Source: Pocillopora damicornis | Lineage: Eukaryota | Direction of reading: 5' to 3' | Assembly: GCF_003704095.1 (NCBI RefSeq) | Contig: NW_020843829.1 | Location: forward strand, 1,488,001 to 1,552,000 | DNA: 64,000 nt | Shown here: one piece after another, positions 63,680-64,000 of the stretch | Layout of the letters: each line of letters starts with the position of its first letter | How positions within the stretch are numbered: the stretch's first letter is position 1 | Notes under the pieces: generated by a model | Databases searched by the model: none | What the model was told of the DNA's origin: nothing | What the model saw: the letters and a program-made list of their open reading frames with translations, nothing else | Translations under genes and position numbers: made by a program

Positions 63680-64000
63680 AGCCATATATTTATACTGCGT
63701 TTGGTAAGATTGTTTTCAATTTGACCCTTTAAAATGAAATGCCCAAAGTCTCTTTTTGACGTTTTATTCTTGTTCAGAGAGTTGACAACATTTTGTTAAT
63801 TGATAGACATGGCCATTATGCTCAACAACTTCCTAACTAACGCAATGTAAAACAGTGTGACCGAAAGTGATGCTTGGGGTTTTGGAACGACTCCCTTACT
63901 CGGCCTAAACAGCTATGTGCCACATAAGAGGTTGTTTTCTTCAGGGTTTTGAATCTCAAGCAAGTTACAAAATTTTACCATATTGAATAGGGTTTTGTGT

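Noticed and set aside
1-64000. CRISPR array, prokaryotic operon or horizontally acquired bacterial cassette
   Set aside because: No regularly spaced direct repeats and no long intronless ORFs; all recognisable genes are spliceosomal animal genes.

Overview
Eukaryotic, intron-rich, AT-rich animal DNA. The gene content and repeat families suggest a cnidarian, probably a stony coral (inference). I spliced eight multi-exon protein-coding genes by hand at GT-AG sites, and the intron phases are consistent throughout. In order: ACOX3 (+, 16 exons, ends in SKL); three tandem TRAF genes on the minus strand (one TRAF4 orthologue with extra zinc-finger exons and a Ser/Arg-rich insert, plus two paralogues of a divergent TRAF subfamily); a short CortBP2/FILIP-domain coiled-coil gene (-); BCKDK (-); a KCTD10/KCTD13/TNFAIP1 gene (+); and the first two exons of IFT20 (+). 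Non-coding DNA holds many TTAA-flanked piggyBac-type MITEs (one nested pair), tRNA-derived SINE remnants, a Harbinger-like MITE, and a deleted Penelope retroelement ending in (TAACCC)4. The most notable points are the modified TRAF cluster, apparent ancient linkage of TRAF4/BACURD/IFT20/BCKDK, an orphan plus-strand exon with a possible microexon, a spliced-looking non-coding exon series, and sharp CpG-poor versus CpG-rich domains. I saw no prokaryote-type system (CRISPR, operon).
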